Positions 17,542 to 19,810 of a stretch of 19,810 bases of DNA are shown piece after piece (the stretch's first letter is position 1; each line of letters starts with the position of its first letter). Source of the stretch: Candidatus Sumerlaeales bacterium. Its GTDB lineage: Bacteria; Sumerlaeota; Sumerlaeia; Sumerlaeales; Sumerlaeaceae. Below the pieces are notes generated by a model. The model was not told the origin of the DNA and made no database searches. It saw only the letters and a program-made list of their open reading frames with translations. Made by a program: the position numbers and the translations under genes. The stretch covers positions 1 through 19,810 of the forward strand of contig JBBSQY010000057.1 in the NCBI GenBank assembly GCA_038243585.1. The letters are read 5' to 3'.

Positions 17542-17581
17542 CCGGATAAGACGTTCACATTAGTGGGAACGTCTTATCCGG
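17542..17581 (-). terminator. Long stem-loop downstream of the GHL10 gene (terminator or mRNA-stabilising hairpin)
   Basis: 15-bp perfect stem CCGGATAAGACGTTC/GAACGTCTTATCCGG with a 10-nt loop. The T tract on the minus strand is short (GTTTC). Confidence 0.6.
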
Positions 17582-17636
17582 AACGTGAACACGGTTTCGG
17601 CACCAACTTATTGAAAGCTGGAAATTCAAGAACCAG

Positions 17637-19514
17637 TTACCGTGGAACCACCTTAATCGCATCGGCAATTACGACATATCCCGGTGTAGTCCAGCACGAC
17701 ACCTTGACGGTATTTGTTCCGGCATTTATCTGATAAATCCCAAGCGTCTGCCAACTGCCCCCATTAGCCCGCTGGTTTCGATTTACCGTGGTCGTCCCCC
17801 CTGCGCGACTTATTACATAAGGAGTAGTTGCGGAACGGTTGCTCCCCTGGCACCACCAGGCATAAACTTCGTAATTTCGAGTCTGAGTGGCGTTCCACGT
17901 CCATGTGGCTGAATCGCTTACTGCCTCTGTCAGATGGAACCGGTAATTTGGCCCATACTTGTCTGACGCCGACGTTCCAGTAGCCCATTGGTTTGACGCT
18001 TGCAACGCGTTTGTGTCGAGGATAAGATCCGCAGGAACTGCCAGGGTGTGAGCGCTCTCGTTGCCCACTCTATCCACAGCAGATACTCCGAACTCCTGCA
18101 CATTCCCATCCACCACCAGATTGGTGGCCGATCCCGGAAGAACAGCCAGCTTCCACTCTATACCATTATAGGTGTTTACGCACCACCAGGAAGCTTCCTC
18201 ATCATTGCTATTCTGAGAAAAAGTAATCGTTCGTTTTGATGGGTTTCCGGTTGCAGGCCCCATGGTTGCTATAGGAGGCGGTGGTGGCGAATTGTCCAGC
18301 CACGTCGACGCGGGGCGCAAAGCATCTTGGGCATAAGGCCCCGCTTTTAACGCTGTTCGCACCCCTTTAGGATTATCCGTCAGCCATTTTATGCTATAAT
18401 GCACAGTCCCCGCAGCACTGCCCTGAGCAGCGCGATTTACCTGGTTTACAATTTCGTTGGCGGTTGTGCCGCCCCAACCTGCATGGACGGAAGCTCCCAC
18501 GCGATAGTCTGCTGTTGAAGCCATCACATGCCGCTGTGGGTTTTGCTGAACCCACCAGTCAATCAGGTTGCCAAAAGGCTGTCCTGGTGAAGCCATCGTC
18601 CAGTACAGCTGTGGGGAAAGAGAATCCACCCACCCCTGCTGCAGCCATTTCCGGCTGTCGCAGTAATGCGTTGCATAGTAATCCGCCCCGGTCACACCCG
18701 TAGGATACCCGGGCCGCCAGATGCCAAATGGGCCCACACCAAATTCGCAACTTTGCCGAATTCCGTGAACCAGGTCGTGGCACTGACTGATAAGTGTGTT
18801 CACATGTTCGCGGCGCCAGTTGTCACGGCTCATAGTGCCGTTGCCATCCACATACGCTTGATAAGTTGCGCTGTCGTTAAAGTTTGTGCCGGGATAAAAA
18901 TAGTCGTCAAAAACTACTCCGTCTACATCATACCGGGTCACAATGTCAGACAGCACATTCTTAATCCATGTAATGCTGCCAGCTTTACCTGGATCCAAAT
19001 ATGTTTTCCCGTCAGTATGGCCTACACACAGGTTCGGACTAACTCGCATCACATGGTTCGCTGCCTTGTTGGTTGTGGACTTGTCCAAGGCAACCCTATA
19101 AGGATTCACCCAAGCATGGAGTTCAATCCCCCGGTTATGGGCCTCTGTGATTGCGAACGCCAGAGGATCATAAGTAGCACTGGTATTTTGCGACCCAGTG
19201 AGCCACTGGCTCCAAGGCTCAATAGTAGATGCGTACATGGCATCCCCCGCAGGCCGCACCTGTAGATACATAGCGTTCATATTCGCATCGGCTAGCGCAT
19301 CCAGATGCTGGATGAGCCGCGCTTTTTGTGCCGTTACAATAGAAGCTGTAACTCCCGCTTGGGGAGGCCAGTCGATATTGGTAACAGTGGCACACCAAGC
19401 GCCTCGAAAATCTCGCGGTGTCGCAGGGATTGGCGGCGCACCAAATGAAGCTTCCGGTGGCAGCACTAGTGAAAACGTAACAACAACGGACATCCATGGA
19501 ACAAACTGATGCAT
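17637..19514 (-). CDS. Glycosyl hydrolase-like 10 (DUF187; YddW/DigH/YngK-like) with Fn3-like segment and C-terminal golvesin-like module
   Basis: Motifs FRGAWCATVTNIDWP, LQVRPAGDAMY, YDPLAFAITEAHNRGIELHAWVNPYR, RYDVDGVVFDDYFYP, PQLYW and VSAVDRVGNES. The C-terminal module matches that of the GH25 gene. Start moved to the ATG at 19514 (GGGAG 6 nt upstream). Confidence 0.9.
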   Translation of the reverse strand: MHQFVPWMSVVVTFSLVLPPEASFGAPPIPATPRDFRGAWCATVTNIDWPPQAGVTASIVTAQKARLIQHLDALADANMNAMYLQVRPAGDAMYASTIEPWSQWLTGSQNTSATYDPLAFAITEAHNRGIELHAWVNPYRVALDKSTTNKAANHVMRVSPNLCVGHTDGKTYLDPGKAGSITWIKNVLSDIVTRYDVDGVVFDDYFYPGTNFNDSATYQAYVDGNGTMSRDNWRREHVNTLISQCHDLVHGIRQSCEFGVGPFGIWRPGYPTGVTGADYYATHYCDSRKWLQQGWVDSLSPQLYWTMASPGQPFGNLIDWWVQQNPQRHVMASTADYRVGASVHAGWGGTTANEIVNQVNRAAQGSAAGTVHYSIKWLTDNPKGVRTALKAGPYAQDALRPASTWLDNSPPPPPIATMGPATGNPSKRTITFSQNSNDEEASWWCVNTYNGIEWKLAVLPGSATNLVVDGNVQEFGVSAVDRVGNESAHTLAVPADLILDTNALQASNQWATGTSASDKYGPNYRFHLTEAVSDSATWTWNATQTRNYEVYAWWCQGSNRSATTPYVISRAGGTTTVNRNQRANGGSWQTLGIYQINAGTNTVKVSCWTTPGYVVIADAIKVVPR

Positions 19515-19688
19515 GGGGTTCTCCCGGGGAACCAAAATGTGCTGCTCGCTGACGTACCAATTATAAAGCAAATCACTATTTGGACAAATTGATAACTCAA
19601 CCTTTATCGCAGCGTTCGCTTTTGATTAAACCGATTCACGTTTAGTCGGGTAACCTCTGCCCTCAGTGCGCCTGCTGGTTCCGGGCAC

Positions 19689-19729
19689 AAAAAAACCGGC
19701 GGGAAGAGTTTTGGTTTCTTCCCGCCGGT
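19689..19729 (-). terminator. Intrinsic terminator of the gene entering from the right edge
   Basis: 13-bp perfect stem ACCGGCGGGAAGA/TCTTCCCGCCGGT (19695-19707, 19717-19729) followed by a T run on the minus strand. Confidence 0.88.
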
Positions 19730-19756
19730 GGTGTCAGCTTTGACCTGTTTGCCGGG

Positions 19757-19810
19757 TTATGGCAGCGGGCCGTAGATGATCAGGTTGTTGGTCTCGTTGC
19801 CTTCGAAGAC
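19757..19810 (-). CDS. 3' end of a gene entering from the right edge; ExNExNN motif suggests a CARDB-like domain
   Basis: Reads ...VFEGNETNNLIIYGPLP-TAA with GC-rich third positions, followed by a strong terminator. Only 17 residues are visible. Confidence 0.6.
   Translation of the reverse strand, partial: VFEGNETNNLIIYGPLP

Noticed and set aside
4154..19265. Long + strand ORFs (4154-4861, 8150-8755, 11737-12435, 15422-15922, 18666-19265)
   Set aside because: They are antisense shadows of well-supported - strand genes and carry no motifs of their own.
1..19810. Prophage lysis module, CRISPR array or mobile element
   Set aside because: The GH25 protein has a Sec signal and its own terminator, with no holin or phage genes nearby. 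No spaced direct repeats, transposase or integrase were found.

Overview
Bacterial genomic window of about 19.8 kb. No rRNA, tRNA, CRISPR array or mobile element was found. It holds one + strand gene (an 879-aa secreted ELWxxDGT-repeat protein) and a long run of - strand genes. In transcription order these are: the 3' end of a gene at the right edge, a GHL10/DigH-like glycosyl hydrolase, a 760-aa uncharacterised secreted TIM-barrel-like protein, a secreted beta-rich protein interrupted by an in-frame TAG, a prepilin-type (N-methyl-Phe) protein, a 719-aa uncharacterised secreted protein, a GH25 muramidase, a DegT-family aminotransferase translationally coupled to a neutral-ceramidase-like amidohydrolase, a GH43 hydrolase and a VC1184-type cysteine-desulfurase-like protein. 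Four observations stand out. (1) The 306-aa ORF stays open for 57 codons past its TAG and ends just before a terminator. (2) That hidden tail and the unrelated ELWxxDGT protein both end in a short [small]-[small]-[A/V]-x-x-W-x-x-Y motif, a candidate C-terminal sorting signal. (3) The WxxY-tail gene, pilin-like gene and putative glycan enzymes form a layout resembling a SusC/D-less polysaccharide utilisation locus. (4) Two unrelated peptidoglycan-hydrolase families share a C-terminal module that is about 59% identical. The pilin style and WxxY tails suggest Ca. Sumerlaeota (BRC1) or a related lineage; this is from memory and unverified. All family calls come from motif recognition by eye, not from searches.
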